The notes under the pieces were generated by a model. The model did not search any database. It saw only the letters and a list, made by a program, of their open reading frames with translations, and had not been told where the DNA came from. From Eledone cirrhosa (Eukaryota): a DNA stretch of 64,000 bases. Positions 38,880 through 52,120 of the stretch are shown piece by piece (the first letter of the stretch is position 1; every line of letters starts with the position of its first letter). The position numbers were made by a program, and so were the translations under genes. The stretch covers positions 49,166,001-49,230,000 of the forward strand of contig OZ024747.1 of NCBI GenBank assembly GCA_964016885.1. Reading direction: 5' to 3'.

Positions 38880-41170
38880 TAGGTTTAGGAAGAATCTGGG
38901 GAAGATGTGGACCTACATCTCTGATATGCACCTGTCCAAGTCCCAGATTGATTTCATTCTGGCGGAATAGTGTTCTGAACATAGAACCATACAATTATTT
39001 CAGTACACTGGGCAGTGACCAGCGGCTTGTTATGAGTGAGGTCCGGGTGAGCTTAAGAAAGAGCAAGGCTCAGCCTCGGAGAGCAATATATGACTGGGGG
39101 GCTTTCAAGGAAGATGATAAGCTACATGAGAGGTACACAGTAGAAGTGAGGAACAGGTTCAGTGCTCTGTGTGGAGAGGCAGAGGAGAGAGAGATTGGAG
39201 GGACTGAGGAGAGTGTGACGAGGAGGTACAGGTACTTCACCACTGCAGTGGCAGAAGCAAGTGAGGCCCTGGTGCCAAGAAGAGACAAGAAGAGGAAGAA
39301 CGTCAGCTCTGCAGACCCAAAAGTGTGTGCAGCCAGAGAACACCTGAAAGCTGCCAAGGACCAACTCCATGCTGATCCTATGGAGGAGAGGAAGGAGAAT
39401 ATCGAGGTGATTAAGGAAGAACTCTGTACCGCTTACACTGAGGCCAGAGAAGAGGTGCTGATAGAGATGATCAGAAGTATGGAGAGAGCGGTTGACAGAT
39501 CTGGGTGTAAAGAGAGGTGGACGATCATCAACAAGATCACAAGGAGGTAGAGAAGGAGCTCGAGTCCAATCCAGGAAACAGGGCTTGAGGATAGGAAGAG
39601 GAAATGGCTGGACCATTTTAGGACCCTACTAGGAGAGCCGCCCTCCACAGCCCAGAACACTGGGGAGATCAGGCAGCTGTTTGAGGAACTGGATATTGAG
39701 ACAGAAGCCTTCGCCAGAGAGGAGCTTCAGAGAGCCAAGAAGAAGATCAAGGAGGTTAAGGCTCATGGAGAAGATGGAATGGCATCAGAGGTGATGAAGA
39801 GGTGTGATTTTGATGATATCATCCTAGAGTTCTGTAACCAGGCACTAGTTGAATCAGTGGAGGATCAGTAACATCGTCCCAGTGCCAAAGAAGAGAGATC
39901 TCTCTAACACCAACAACTACAAGGGGATCTCACTGACATGTGGCAAAGACCTTCAACAGGATGATTCTTAACAGGATCCAACCTGAGATGGAGAAGAAGC
40001 TCAGGGACAACCAGAACGGCTTTAGAGAGGGAAGATCAACCACCAGTCACATCCTGATGCTGAGGAGGATATTAGAGGGAGCTAGAGCAAAGAGCCTTCC
40101 TGCAGTCATGGTTTTCATTGACTTTAGCAAGCCTTTGATTCTGTGGACCGTCAATGCCTGATGGAATCCCCAAGAAGATAGTGGACCTGATATCACTGCT
40201 CTACACCAACACCAAAGCCCAAGTCATTACACCTGAAGGGATGATGGAGTTCTTTGAGATACTGGCTGGAGTGCTCCAGGGAGATACATTGGCTCCCTAC
40301 CTTTTTATCATCGCAGTGGACTATTGTATGTGCCTTGCACTGGAGAAACACCAGGAATCTGGCTTTACTGTAGCACTAAGGGGAAAAAGATATCAGATGC
40401 TGAATTTGCTGACGACATAGTTCTGGTGACAAACACAGTGAAGGAAGTAGATGATGCAGGAGGTGGAGACTGTGTCGATGAGTGTGGGGCTGAGAATGAA
40501 TGAGATTAAGATGAAGTATCTGGTAGAGAACATTAAGAAGCCAGAGAAGATTATGAATGTACGCGGGAAGAAGCTAGAGTTGGTTGAGGACTTCTTGTAT
40601 CTGGGAGTAAAGATTGGGCACACACAGGATGATGTGGTTGAGAGGAAGAGCAAAGCCTGGGCAGCGTGCCACAGTTTGAGATCAGTGTGGAAGTCGGACC
40701 TGCGTAAAGACCTGAAGATCCGTCTCTTCGTTGCTACAGTGGAGTCTGTGCTACTGTACGGGTCTGAGACTTGGACAGAGACCAAGAAACTCACTCAGAT
40801 GATGGATGGGTGCTACACGAGAATGCTGAGGATGGCTCTGAACATTAATCAGTAGACACTGAGGATGAAGAACTCAGAGCTGTACGGGAGCTTCACAAAA
40901 GTCAGCTCGAAAGTAGCACAGTGGAGACTGAGGTTAGCTGGACATACTCACCAACATTCATAGTTGACACTGCACTCAGTGGTCCTGTGGTAGACCCTAC
41001 ATGGACACACTTGAAGAGGGAGACGGAGATTGACATATATTGATGCCTTAAGGACAGATACAGGTCTCTTGGAGATGCAGGACATGGTAGCGATGATGAA
41101 GGACAGAGACTGCTGGAGAGAACTCGTCCATGAATCTCGGGAATTTTAACCGCCCTAGATAGATTATTAT
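38880..41170 (+). mobile_element. Decayed RTE-group LINE (no PHD finger), EN end plus RT
   Basis: GSDQRLV, LRDNQNGFREGRST, FIDFSK, GVLQGDTLAPYLFII, gaatttgctgacgac (FADD), YGSETW. Confidence 0.9.
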
Positions 41171-41972
41171 TAACTGATATAAAACTCATGAATGTAATGA
41201 AAATGTTATGGTATATATATATATATATATACACACATACATACACAGACAATAACATTGCTTTTTACAATGACTACGAGAGGATAACTTTAGTAAAAAA
41301 AATTAACAAAATAAACTAAATTATTTCCCTTGATTTTCTCGACAGTAGAATCTTGATTGTAAAATACTTGAGATGTTTGGAAAGTTTGGTAACCAAAAGA
41401 TTTGTTTTGACTTATCTACCAAACCTTGCTCTAGGTTTGAAAATATGAAATAATAGTTTCTAACATAGGCCTGAAATTTGGGGGTAGTGAAAGTCGATTG
41501 TATGAACCCCAGTAATTGCCTGGTTCTTTATTTTATCAACCTTGAGAGGATGAAAGGCAAAGTTGACCTTGGCGGGATTTGAACTCAAAACCTAGAAGGC
41601 CGTAGAGAAAAACTGCAAACCATTTCTTCCAACACACTAACAATTCTGTCAATCCACCACCCTCAAAATATTAAAAAGGTGTGTGACATTCTATCTACCA
41701 CTGTGACTAATATACTAGTATATATAGGTTGTATTGGTAACTGTTTACTTCAAAGTTTCACTAAAGGTACTGGCTTTTCATATATATTAGTGATCACTTT
41801 AAATTGAACTAATTATAGTTTAAAAAAAGTAGAACTAAGTGTTTTCTAAATGTCAAGCAATGCTCGTTCTTCATCCACAGTAGATTTTATAGTCGTTGCT
41901 GTTATTTTTATCTTGGAAATTTAAAAATGGATCTCTTCAAGTTGTTAACATTAAGGAATTCATATTTCAAAC

Positions 41973-42110
41973 CTTGGTTTGGATCCATCATATGGGGAGG
42001 AGGTGGAGGAGGCATCATTCCTGGCTGTGGCGGGCCATACCCCATAGGTATAGGTTGGGGTGGTGGCATTACAATGGGTTGTGGTACAAATATAACTTCT
42101 TGGTCTTCAC
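41973..42110 (-). CDS. Host gene exon D: proline-rich cytoplasmic tail
   Basis: Acceptor tttttattatgcag|GT, donor CAAG|gtttga; 138 nt, phase 1-1; (G)EDQEVIFVPQPIVMPPPQPIPMGYGPPQPGMMPPPPPPHMMDPNQ. Confidence 0.8.
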
Positions 42111-42859
42111 CTGCATAATAAAAATAACCACAAATTAGATTAAGATATGAGAAACCTGAAGCAAACTATTATTATTATTATCAATTATTACACAGGGTTA
42201 ATTTGTTAACTGAAATGGAATAGAATGGAACTCTGTTAGTGTTCCAGTTGTTTGATCAATGGAAGTCTATTTCTGAAATTAACATGCAAGTGACTGAGCA
42301 TTCCTTAGACATATGTACTCTTAATGTAATTCTCAGGGAGATTCAACATGACACAGTGTGTGACAAAGCTTGCTCTTTGAATTAAAAGTAGAGTCCATTT
42401 TGTATTCCACAGACACATAATTCTCAGGGAGATTCAGCATGACACAATATGTAACAAGGCTGGACCTTTGAATTACAGGTTCAGTCCATCTAATGGGTTT
42501 CCTTACAATTCTCATCTCCCCAAATTCATTTACAAAGCTTGGGTCAATCTAGGACTTTGGAAAATGAAACTTTTATAAGATGTCACACTGGGAACAGCGA
42601 CAACGATCCTCTGATACTTCCAGAATATGAGGCTGTGGATAGCAACTTCATGTTCATTTGGGAAAATGTTCTGGTAAATAACATCAATGACTGAGATATC
42701 AAACTCATAATAATAATGATTTCTACTATAGGCACAAGGCCAGCAATTTGAAGGGGAGAGGAAAGTCAGCAGGGTTTGAACTCAGACCACAAAGGGCCGT
42801 AACCCTATGCTGCAAAGTATGGTGTCCGACACTCTGTCACTGCTCTTCCAAACCAGATA

Positions 42860-44320
42860 CCTAGCAATTTAACTGGTCCATCCGTCCAGTGTGCGACGAT
42901 GCTGTTGGATGGCAAGGACCTGCTTCTCTAGGTGCCGAGCCCACCAACTTTTCCTGGTTAATCATTGTTCCTCTCACTACCTCGTATTCTCTTAGTGTAG
43001 CGCCGATTGCCTCGATGTGTTTGGCATTCAACACCACTATGGTGATGTCGTCGGCATATGCTGATATGGCTCTCCTGCATCCCAGTTCGTGCAGGACACC
43101 CCTCAACATCTCCAGTTTGTGCAGTAATGGTTCAAGAATTAATACGTATAACAGGTACGAGAGGAGACAACATTGGCGAACCAAGCGCATGATGTTGAAT
43201 GGTTCCGAAAGGTGACCATTCACTCTTACCACTGAGCAGATGTCGCTGTGCATGGCAGCGATCCAGCCTCTCAAGATGCACCCAAAGTTGGCCGCCCTCA
43301 GGACTGCCACCAAATAACAATGGTCGACCTTTTCAAAAGCTTTCGACTGATCTAAATTGATGAAGGCCCCACCCATGCCAGGTTCCCTAGCTACCCTCTC
43401 CATGATGTATCACATGAGGTGGAGGTTGTTGCAGATGGATCTGTCTAGAATGGCGCATGTCGGCACCTCTCCCACCAGACCACCGACAACAAGCGCCAAC
43501 CTCTTTGCTAACACCTTGGCCAAAATCTTGAACTCTGCACTTAGCAGAGTTATGGGCCTGAAATTATCTATGTTGTCTCCCTTGTTCGGGTCCTTTCTCA
43601 GCAACGCCACCACTCCTCGGCTCACAGAGCTGGGAATTCTCCCGCTCTGCTGTCAGTTGCAGTAGATATCTTGGCAAGAGTTTGCTGAACAAGTCTGGCA
43701 TCTGTATGTAAAGTTTGTAGAGCAGACCATCCAAATCAGGCGATTTACCCATCGTGCAGTCAGTCATTGCCTCCCATACTTCAGCATCTGTTATTGGCTT
43801 TTCGCAAAAGCCAGCCCGCCGCTGCCCCCAAACAGCTGATCCAAAGTGCTGCTGAAAAGCCACACGCATTTGCCCGGGATCAAGTAACATATGCCTGTCG
43901 TGGTTCTCGAAAGACCCAATCGTGGGTTTGTTGCCATAACGCGGCTCCGTCACTTGGGCCCATGAAACAGCTTCATCCCCTCATGTCAGCGATGCGTTTA
44001 GCTTCCAGTAGCTGGTTCTCTGTCTATGAAGCCTATCTAAGTCATCCATACAGTTTACGAATTTGTCGTCTGTGTAGTCGAATTGTGGACAGCCTATGCT
44101 AGACCTACCTACTTTGCTACAAAATACCCTATCTAGATACGATCTGGATGACCCAATGTGGTTTGTCCAAGTCCACACTTGCACATTCAGGAAATCCAGA
44201 TGGTACCCGTCAGACAGTTGAAAATGTCTGAGCAGGTTAGTGAGGCTTTTACACCCTCCTCTCCTATCTGCCATTCCCATACAATCCCACCATGCATCCA
44301 AAATCCCGTACTAATCGCCC
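42860..44320 (-). mobile_element. Tx1/L1 ORF2 fragment (EN end plus RT)
   Basis: SYLDRVF, YWKLNASL, KSPDLDGL, NFRPITLL, LDQSKAF, AYADD. Confidence 0.9.
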
Positions 44321-44338
44321 ACTAACACTAAAGAGCAC

Positions 44339-44742
44339 TTACTTCTCCACCCTGATTTTCCTCTTCAAGTGAAATTTGAAAAAGTTAATCAGGGATTCGC
44401 CAAAGAGGAAAGCGTCCGTCTTCAATCCTTTCAACCTTGTCCACCATACAATCTCTTTCGCCATGTCAACCAAGCAGATGAAAATTGCCTGACCTTCTTC
44501 CTCCTCAAAGGAGGACGGCGGGGTTATCTCCACAATGGACTCAGTCGATAACCAGATCCGTCCTATACGCAACAGCAAATGTTCGACATAGCTCCACAAG
44601 TCAGCAATGCTCGGGCACTGAATGAGTGCGTGCACGATGGTTTCGTCACTCTGCACGCATGTTGGACAGGTTCGGCTGACGGCACTTCTGTGCCTATAGG
44701 AAACACTTCCCAGTAGCACTGCCAGGCCAGGGATTTCCAGGC
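44339..44742 (-). mobile_element. Tx1/L1 ORF2 C-terminal CCHC fragment next to (CAA)n
   Basis: TCPTCVQSDETIVHALIQC..., homologous to ORF 38-649. Confidence 0.85.
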
Positions 44743-44743
44743 T

Positions 44744-44780
<37 letters not shown>

Positions 44781-44795
44781 TAGTGCATCACTGAC

Positions 44796-44917
44796 CCTCT
44801 TTGCTGATAACTTCTCCTCTCTGTCTTTTCTTGTGCCGACACACACAATAGATGACTGTACCAATTATTGCTACAAAGATGATGGTAGATATCACAATAC
44901 CAACTACACCGCCAGAA
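44796..44917 (-). CDS. Host gene exon C: transmembrane helix with juxtamembrane Cys and basic cluster
   Basis: Acceptor tttttttctcatctag|T, donor GAGG|gtcagt; 122 nt, phase 2-1; (S)SGGVVGIVISTIIFVAIIGTVIYCVCRHKKRQRGEVISKE. Confidence 0.85.
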
Positions 44918-45334
44918 CTAGATGAGAAAAAAAGAAAATATGAAATAAACAATAATATTACCATAATGTTATTCACAAAATCATCAAGGTATAACTACTT
45001 GATTGATTATCAGTCACAAACATATTCCAGCTTCTAGCCCAGCGATGTCTCCTATCTCTGTCTTTGACCTGCTACTAAAATAGCTACTTCTCCTTGGAAC
45101 TAACTGGCTGGTTTCATGCTACCTTCACTCGTGTACTCGCAGTTCATTTGTCTTTCCTCCTCATATCCACCATGTTCTATTCAACTTCTAGAAACCACAC
45201 TAACAACAATGTTCAGACCTACAACAGTCAAAGTAGTCACCAATAGCATTGATGCCTCTAGTCTAAGAGAACACGTGAGGCTACTATCCCTTAAAGTGAT
45301 GGTACCAGTTACTGAGGCTACTCACACTAAAATG

Positions 45335-46410
45335 GATGGTATCACTATGTGAGGCTACTGTCCCTCTGATGGAATCACTGTGTAAGGCTACTGTCCCTCT
45401 GATGGGATCACTGTGTAAGGCTACTGTCCCTTTGATGGTATCACTGTGTAAGGCTACTGTCCCTCTGATGGGATCACTGTGTAAGGCTACTGTGCCTCTG
45501 ATGGAATCACTGTGTAAGGCTACTGTCCCTCTGATGGAATCACTGTGTAAGGCTACTGTCCCTCTGATGGTATCACTGTGTAAGGCTACTGTCCCTCTGA
45601 TGGGATCACTATGTGAGGCTACTGTCCCTCTGATGGAATCACTGTGTAAGGCTACTGTCCCTCTGATGGTATCACTGTGTAAGGCTACTGTCCCTCTGAT
45701 GGAATCACTGTGTAAGGCTACTGTCCCTCTGATGGGATCACTGTGTAAGGCTACTGTCCCTCTGATGGGATCACTGTGTAAGGCTACTGTCCCTCTGATG
45801 GTATCACTGTGTAAGGCTACTGTCCCTCTGATGGGATCACTGTGTAAGGCTACTGTCCCTCTGATGGAATCACTGTGTAAGGCTACTGTCCCTCTGATGG
45901 GATCACTGTGTAAGGCTACTGTCCCTCTGATGGGATCACTGTGTAAGGCTACTGTCCCTCTGATGGAATCACTGTGTAAGGCTACTGTCCCTCTGATGGG
46001 ATCACTGTGTAAGGCTACTGTCCCTCTGATGGAATCACTGTGTAAGGCTACTGTCCCTCTGATGGTATCACTGTGTAAGGCTACTGTCCCTCTGATGGGA
46101 TCACTGTGTAAGGCTACTCTCCCTCTGATGGTATCACTGTGTAAGGCTACTGTCCCTCTGATGGAATCACTGTGTAAGGCTACTGTCCCTCTGATGGAAT
46201 CACTGTGTAAGGCTACTGTCCCTCTGATGGAATCACTGTGTAAGGCTACTGTCCCTCTGATGGTATCACTGTGTAAGGCTAGGGTCCCTAAAATAGATGG
46301 TATCACTGTGTGAGGCTAGGGTCCCTTATCACTATGTAAAGCTACTGTCCCTCAGATGGTATCACTGTAAAGCTACTGTCCCTCAGATGGTATCACTGTG
46401 TAAGGCTACC
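45335..46410. repeat. 33-bp minisatellite (gatggNatcactgtgtaaggctactgtccctct)n, about 30 units
   Basis: Direct reading; the 11-codon period explains ORFs on both strands. Confidence 0.97.
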
Positions 46411-46525
46411 GTACCTTAAATACACATGTCCCATTTGTTTAGGACATGCCACTGACAGCATAGAAAAGGTGAAAAGTTTTTGTTTTGAAAATATTGAGAT
46501 GTCAAGATGCCAAAGTAGCATTTAC

Positions 46526-46673
46526 CTTTTAACTTGAGCACAGCATGTTTGTTGGCCTTCTGGTCCACAGCAACTTATTTTTCTGTCATCTTCAAAATTT
46601 CTTGGACATATAAACATTTTATATGTTGTACCATTTTCGTCTATGTCAACATAGTTGGAACAAATTCTTGGAA
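46526..46673 (-). CDS. Host gene exon B: six-cysteine extracellular domain (C-C-CC-CC)
   Basis: Acceptor ttatatttctag|TT, donor AAAG|gtaaat; 148 nt, phase 1-2; (V)PRICSNYVDIDENGTTYKMFICPRNFEDDRKISCCGPEGQQTCCAQVK. Cys spacing fits Shisa-like STMC6 domains; NGT sequon. Confidence 0.85.
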
Positions 46674-46709
46674 CTAGAAATATAAGAATGAAAACATACA
46701 TTAAAAAGA

Positions 46710-46902
46710 TAATTGTTTCTACTATTGGCACAAGGCCAGCAATTACCTAGTACATTACTGGTACTTTATTTTATCGACCCCCGTAAGGATGAAAGGCAAA
46801 GTTAACCTCGGCGGGATTTGAACTCAGAATGGCAAGGGCCGTAACTCTATGCGTCAAAGCATGGCGTCCGACCCTCTACCGATACTGCCAATTTACCGCC
46901 CT
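46710..46902 (-). mobile_element. SINE family A, close to the exon B acceptor
   Basis: Core and B-box motifs. Confidence 0.85.
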
Positions 46903-46959
46903 TTAACATTAAAAAGATAATAATGGACAAACTGACAATTCCTGGTATTTTAGAATTTT

Positions 46960-47760
46960 ATCTCATTTAGTTATGGATGCATTGACCCTCAACTTTGCCA
47001 CAGTATCCAAGATGAGGGAAGGAGCAAGAGTCACTAACTCTGGCATCCCAAATATGACATCAACTTATAACCCAAGGGCAATGGATAAGACCATTTGGCC
47101 TCTTCCCATCAACCTTAGACAATCCAGCTGGCTCCAGAATTGTGGGTAAAATAATTTGAGCTAATTTGATAATTAAGTTCAGCTCAGTATGACAAGCGAA
47201 GTGACCAACATTCAGAAAACAAGACTGTCTGTGATGACCCCTGAAGTCACATTGACATTTAAATCTGCCAAAGACATAAATTCCAAGTCTGAATGCAATG
47301 AAGATGCAGAGCTCACCAAGACTCAGTAGGCCACCAATGTTGGCTACAGGCAGGGCATCAACCCAGGCCCTTAAAATGTGGTACTCACAGAAAGTAAGTG
47401 CCACTTTCAGTATAGATCAGATTAATCAAAAAGAGAGAGAAAGTTGAAAGTCTCTCTTAAACACAAGTTGTCCCAGGTTCTCTGCTTCAATTTATCCTAT
47501 TTTGTACAAGGAACTGACCAACTTAGCTCTTTCCACTGTAGCAGGGCTTCATCCACCTCCTTGTTGAAAAGGAGATGATGTTACCCACCAGAAGGGAAGA
47601 AGCATGGATGGAAAAAAGAAAGCAATAAACAGAGATAAGCATTTATGTAGACCTCAGCCCCCATATAATTTGGGCAATGCAGCTTGGTCATGAGATTCTG
47701 GAGAAAATCCAACATTGACTAAACATTCAAGTTTCCCCTAAATTAAGTCATCAAAAAGGC
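46960..47760 (-). mobile_element. Decayed CRE-clade LINE fragment
   Basis: AWVDALP....G..L...E..I.IAFRLG and EPAGLSKVDGKRPNGL..PW motifs in ORF 47060-47404. Confidence 0.7.
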
Positions 47761-48399
47761 AACACTTCCCTCTACCCTCTCCTCTCTGATACACCTCTTT
47801 TACCGTAACCATCACTCCCCTATTACCGACATCCTTGATTTCTCCAAGCTTCTCTCCCCCACCCCACTAGTTCCCATCCCACACCTTGAAGTCTCCCCAC
47901 TGAAGCTAAGACAAAAGTGCCCAGCCCTCACTATATAGTGGTCATGTATGTGTCAAGACAAAAGTGCCCAGTTCACACTGTAAATGGGTTGTATAGATGA
48001 CACAACAAAAAGCACCCAACACACTGTAAAAGTGGTTGGTGTTAGAAAGGGCATCCAGCAGTAAAAACCAAGCAAAAAATCAGCCCCAGGTGAGTGAAAC
48101 ACGGTCCTCTGCCTGATTCTCTCCCAAAGGGTCAGCCCATCTTACCCATGCTAGCATGGAAGATGGACATTAAACGATGATGATAATGATGAAAACATTA
48201 CAAAAATGACAAGAATCTATATGAGTGACTGACACTGAGCATGAACAATAAGTTAGGAATCGATAGGTATAGCTATAAAAACACTTTGATGGGGCTCAAT
48301 TACATTAATGTTTTGGAGTAATTGCTCAAGATTTGCCAACTTGGAGAAAAAGCAAGCTCAAAAGCTAGGTCAGTAATTGGGACTCCTATCATCTGCATC

Positions 48400-48700
48400 T
48401 TCCCTTACCAACCACCAGCTTTCATATCCACCTCCATCATTTTTAGCCCTGCCTTTCTTGGCCTTCCCCTTCCTCTACTTCCTTCCACATTCATTTCTAT
48501 CACTCCTCTCACCCAGTCACTATCATCCATCCTCAACACATGACCCAACCATCTCATTCTATTTCTCTTCACAACATTCATCACTGGTTCTATTCCAATC
48601 ATCCTCTGTAATTTATTGTTTGTCTTCTTCTCTCTCTCTCTCAGCAATACTCCACTCATCCATCGAATTAGTCTCATTCCCATTCTCTCCAAGCTTTTAT
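48400..48700 (-). mobile_element. RTE 3' fragment
   Basis: RMRWLGHVLRM..EGSRGRGRPRK. Confidence 0.8.
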
Positions 48701-48955
48701 TTCATATTTGTCATCAATATCTATAAATCATGGTACTTCCCACACAATTAGCATACACCTTTTCTTTCATTTCAGTGACACTCCCCTCCTCAGTTCCCAC
48801 AACTTCTTCCAACTGACTTGAGATACTGTTGTGGCATTTGATCCTCTCTTTCTATCATGGCTTCAAGTGACTAAACATTTTACACTTTCTAACTTTACAC
48901 CATTCCCAACATCCAGTTCAACATTAATCTCATCTCAATATTTTGATTCTATGTA

Positions 48956-49172
48956 GGGTGGTGGATTGGCAGTATAGGTAGAGCGTCAGACGCCTTGCTT
49001 TGCAGCAAAGAGTTACGGCCCTTTATGATCTGAGTTCAAATCCCGCCGAGGTTAACTTTGCCTTTCATCCGCATGGGGTCGATAAAATAAAGTACCAGTC
49101 ACGCACTGGGGTCGATTTAATCGACTTTCCCCTCTCCCAAAATCACTGGCCTTGTGCCTATATAAGAAACCA
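48956..49172 (+). mobile_element. SINE family A (long-tail variant)
   Basis: B-box and core plus tail ctggggtcgatttaatcgactttcccc. Confidence 0.85.
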
Positions 49173-50155
49173 ATATTTTGATTCTATGTTCCAGTAGCTT
49201 ATTTGCTTTATACAACCCACACTCTAGAAGATCACCTTTCCTCATGTACAGACGGTTGAAAGTACTCAACTCCCAATGCACTAAAATACTTTCACCACCA
49301 ATCTACAGATATCTGTCATCCTATTTACACCTGTTATATAAGATAGTGTAGGAAATTACAGAGGAGCAGAAACTTTGGAAGTAAGAGTAGAAAAGGTGGA
49401 GACAGCACACCTGTGAGACAGGGACAAACCGATTGTCACTATAAATAAGAAGAGGCAATTTACTGTGACAGTCCGAAGCTGCTTGAAAAGAATCTGACTA
49501 ATTTTATAGGTAGATAGACATTAAGCTACAGGTACAACCAATTGTGAAAGACTAATGACAGCTAAGCATAGGCTGCCAAAAAAAATGCAGAGAAGATGAG
49601 CAAGAGGAAATAACTAGAGAGATTTGTTTTCTAAAGTTATTCATATATATAATATTGATAATTGGCGAGTTTACAGAATCATTTGTAATAAATGGTGATT
49701 AGCGATAAATGGTAATTAGTAAATAATTGATATATTCGTAATATCTCTTAGCTCTGTGTACCTTGTTTCACAACTTAGCTCACATCCTTGATTCTCTGCC
49801 AGATTTGTTTTATACTTTTGATACTAAACCACCCAAAGCCACCTCTGGTTCTAGGATTTAAAATGTCCTGTTTTAAAATATCTATACTTAAATTAAAACC
49901 TTCCATCACAGTTTTATATAAGAACTTTCTGTTGTTATGTTGTAAAAACCAGATCAGTTGGAGATGGTTACTTCTGACAGGACCTGCTGGAAGGAATGTT
50001 TGAGGACTCTGCCCCCATGAACCCCACAAGAAGAAGAAGATGATGATCTAAAAACCAACTTTAAAATGTAACTGTTAAGTTATTTTACTAAATCCCTTCA
50101 AATTCTACAATATTTTCAAAATCTCTATATAAATTTGAGTGACTTCCATCACACA

Positions 50156-50156
<1 letters not shown>

Positions 50157-50219
<63 letters not shown>
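50157..50219. repeat. (TG)n microsatellite
   Basis: Direct reading. Confidence 0.95.
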
Positions 50220-50223
<4 letters not shown>

Positions 50224-51988
50224 GGAAGGGGATGCTGAAAAAACTCTAGCAAAACAGTGGCTAGCATTTCATTTGCTATGCTGTGTGAGTGAATTTGTCT
50301 GTGTGAGTGTATGTGCATGTATGTTTGTGAGTGAATGTGTGTATGTGTATGTGTGTTTGTGTAAAGGTATGTGGGTGTGTGTGTGTGAATGTATGTTGGT
50401 GTTTGTGTAAATGAATGTGTTTTGGTATGAAAGGGTTAAAGAACAGTTTAACTCTTTAGCATTTACATTACTCTATATATATTATTGAATTTTTGTAGTA
50501 AAGGATTTATCTTACTCTAGATAAGGTACCTGGCTTCGCCCTCTTGATAAGAGAAGACATGTAAAAGAGAAAACGACTGTATTGGATGCGTTGTCTGGTT
50601 TACAGTATGGTGACAAAAAAAAAGTTTTAAAAACTCCCAGATACACCAGATTCTTTGTTTTACCATTTGTACATAGTATATGAAGATTTCTAGGTGTTCC
50701 AACTCATGACAACCAACATATAACTGTTCAGGGGTAAAAACTGTTTCTCTCAGATTCAATCCTACAACTTTGAGACTCTGACCCTGAGCTTTATTTATGG
50801 TCATAGCAAAACTGGCTCTAACAGGCAACTGAAGTCTTGAGAATTTGAATGGTAGCTTGGTAGAGAAAGGGATAAGTGGAATCTTTGGAATAAATACACT
50901 TTCAACTTGATGATTGCCTCCAAGAATAGGGACCTCTAGGAGATGTTTCATCATCCACCTCACTGTTAAGCATGTGCCATTGCATAGACATGGTGGGTCC
51001 AGGTTTCTCAAAAGGATGATGGGAGTCCCAATATTTAGCGTTAATTTGTGTGGAGAAAGTCCAGGAAGTTCCAGACTATTAAGGAACTCTGCAGGATAAT
51101 TAACAGCATCATCATCCTTTTCAATCTTGTCAATGGAGACATATGTATGAACCTCTCCTGGAAGCGTATCCAGTAGGCATTGGTTGATCTGATTTACAGT
51201 ATTATTTTTTGGCACTAAAATTGCTTGCTCAAACAACCATGATTAATTGGTATAATTTGAGGCAATATTTGGAAATACTTGATCAATTAGTTCATTTGTT
51301 GACATTTCCAAATGGAAGGTTGACTTCTCCATTGTCATCTTGTTGCAGATTACTATCACCCAGTTTAATTAGCTGTTTTGCAAAAGTATCAATTTCTGCA
51401 TCATTGTACAGCTGCACTCTCATGTTTGTCAAGGATAATTGCTGGACTTGTTGCCATATAGTTGAGACTTTGAGGCAAGCATTTACAATATCAGCTCTCC
51501 TGCCTTTAAGAATGACGGGGAGAATATGTCTGAAGTCACCAGCAAGCACCATTATTACTCCTCCCATGATTTCATTACATCCTCTAATGTCTCTTATAGA
51601 ATAGTCCAGAGCCTCAAATAACTTTCTATGTGCCATTGTGGCCTCACCCCATATGATCACGGAGCATTTCTCTAAAAGCTTTGCTTTTGGTGTATTCTTT
51701 TAGGATATTGCATGAAGGAGACTCTTCTCTTGTGACATTCAATGGCAACTTGAATGTTCAGTGCGGTTCTGGTAAACTGCAATCTTTGAAGGGACCAGCC
51801 AATTTCACTCAGGTGGTTGTTTATTTTTGAAAGTACTTTATTATAGATAGGTGGAGAAAAATCTACATTAATGCGAGTGTTTTGAAGTTTAATCCTGCGC
51901 AATATATCTTCCGACAAGTCTTTCTTATAGCTTTCCCAGAGACTCAAGGGATCTGAAATATTGCGTGTAGTGAGCATCACAGTGAAGA

Positions 51989-52120
51989 GCTGTCGAAGCT
52001 TTTTAGGCATTTGTGTGGCAGCTGTCGAAGCTTTTTAGGCATTTGTGTGGCAGCTGTCGAAGCTTTTTAGGCATTTGTGTGGCAGCTGTCGAAGCTTTTT
52101 AGGCATTTGTGTGGCAGCTG
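51989..52120. repeat. About four tandem copies of a 32-bp unit inside the Helitron
   Basis: gctgtcgaagcttttaggcatttgtgtggca repeated. Confidence 0.9.

Noticed and set aside
45284-46313. 340-aa and 325-aa repeat ORFs on opposite strands as genes
   Set aside because: By-product of a stop-free 33-bp period; no unique coding flanks, and exons B and C already join in frame without it.
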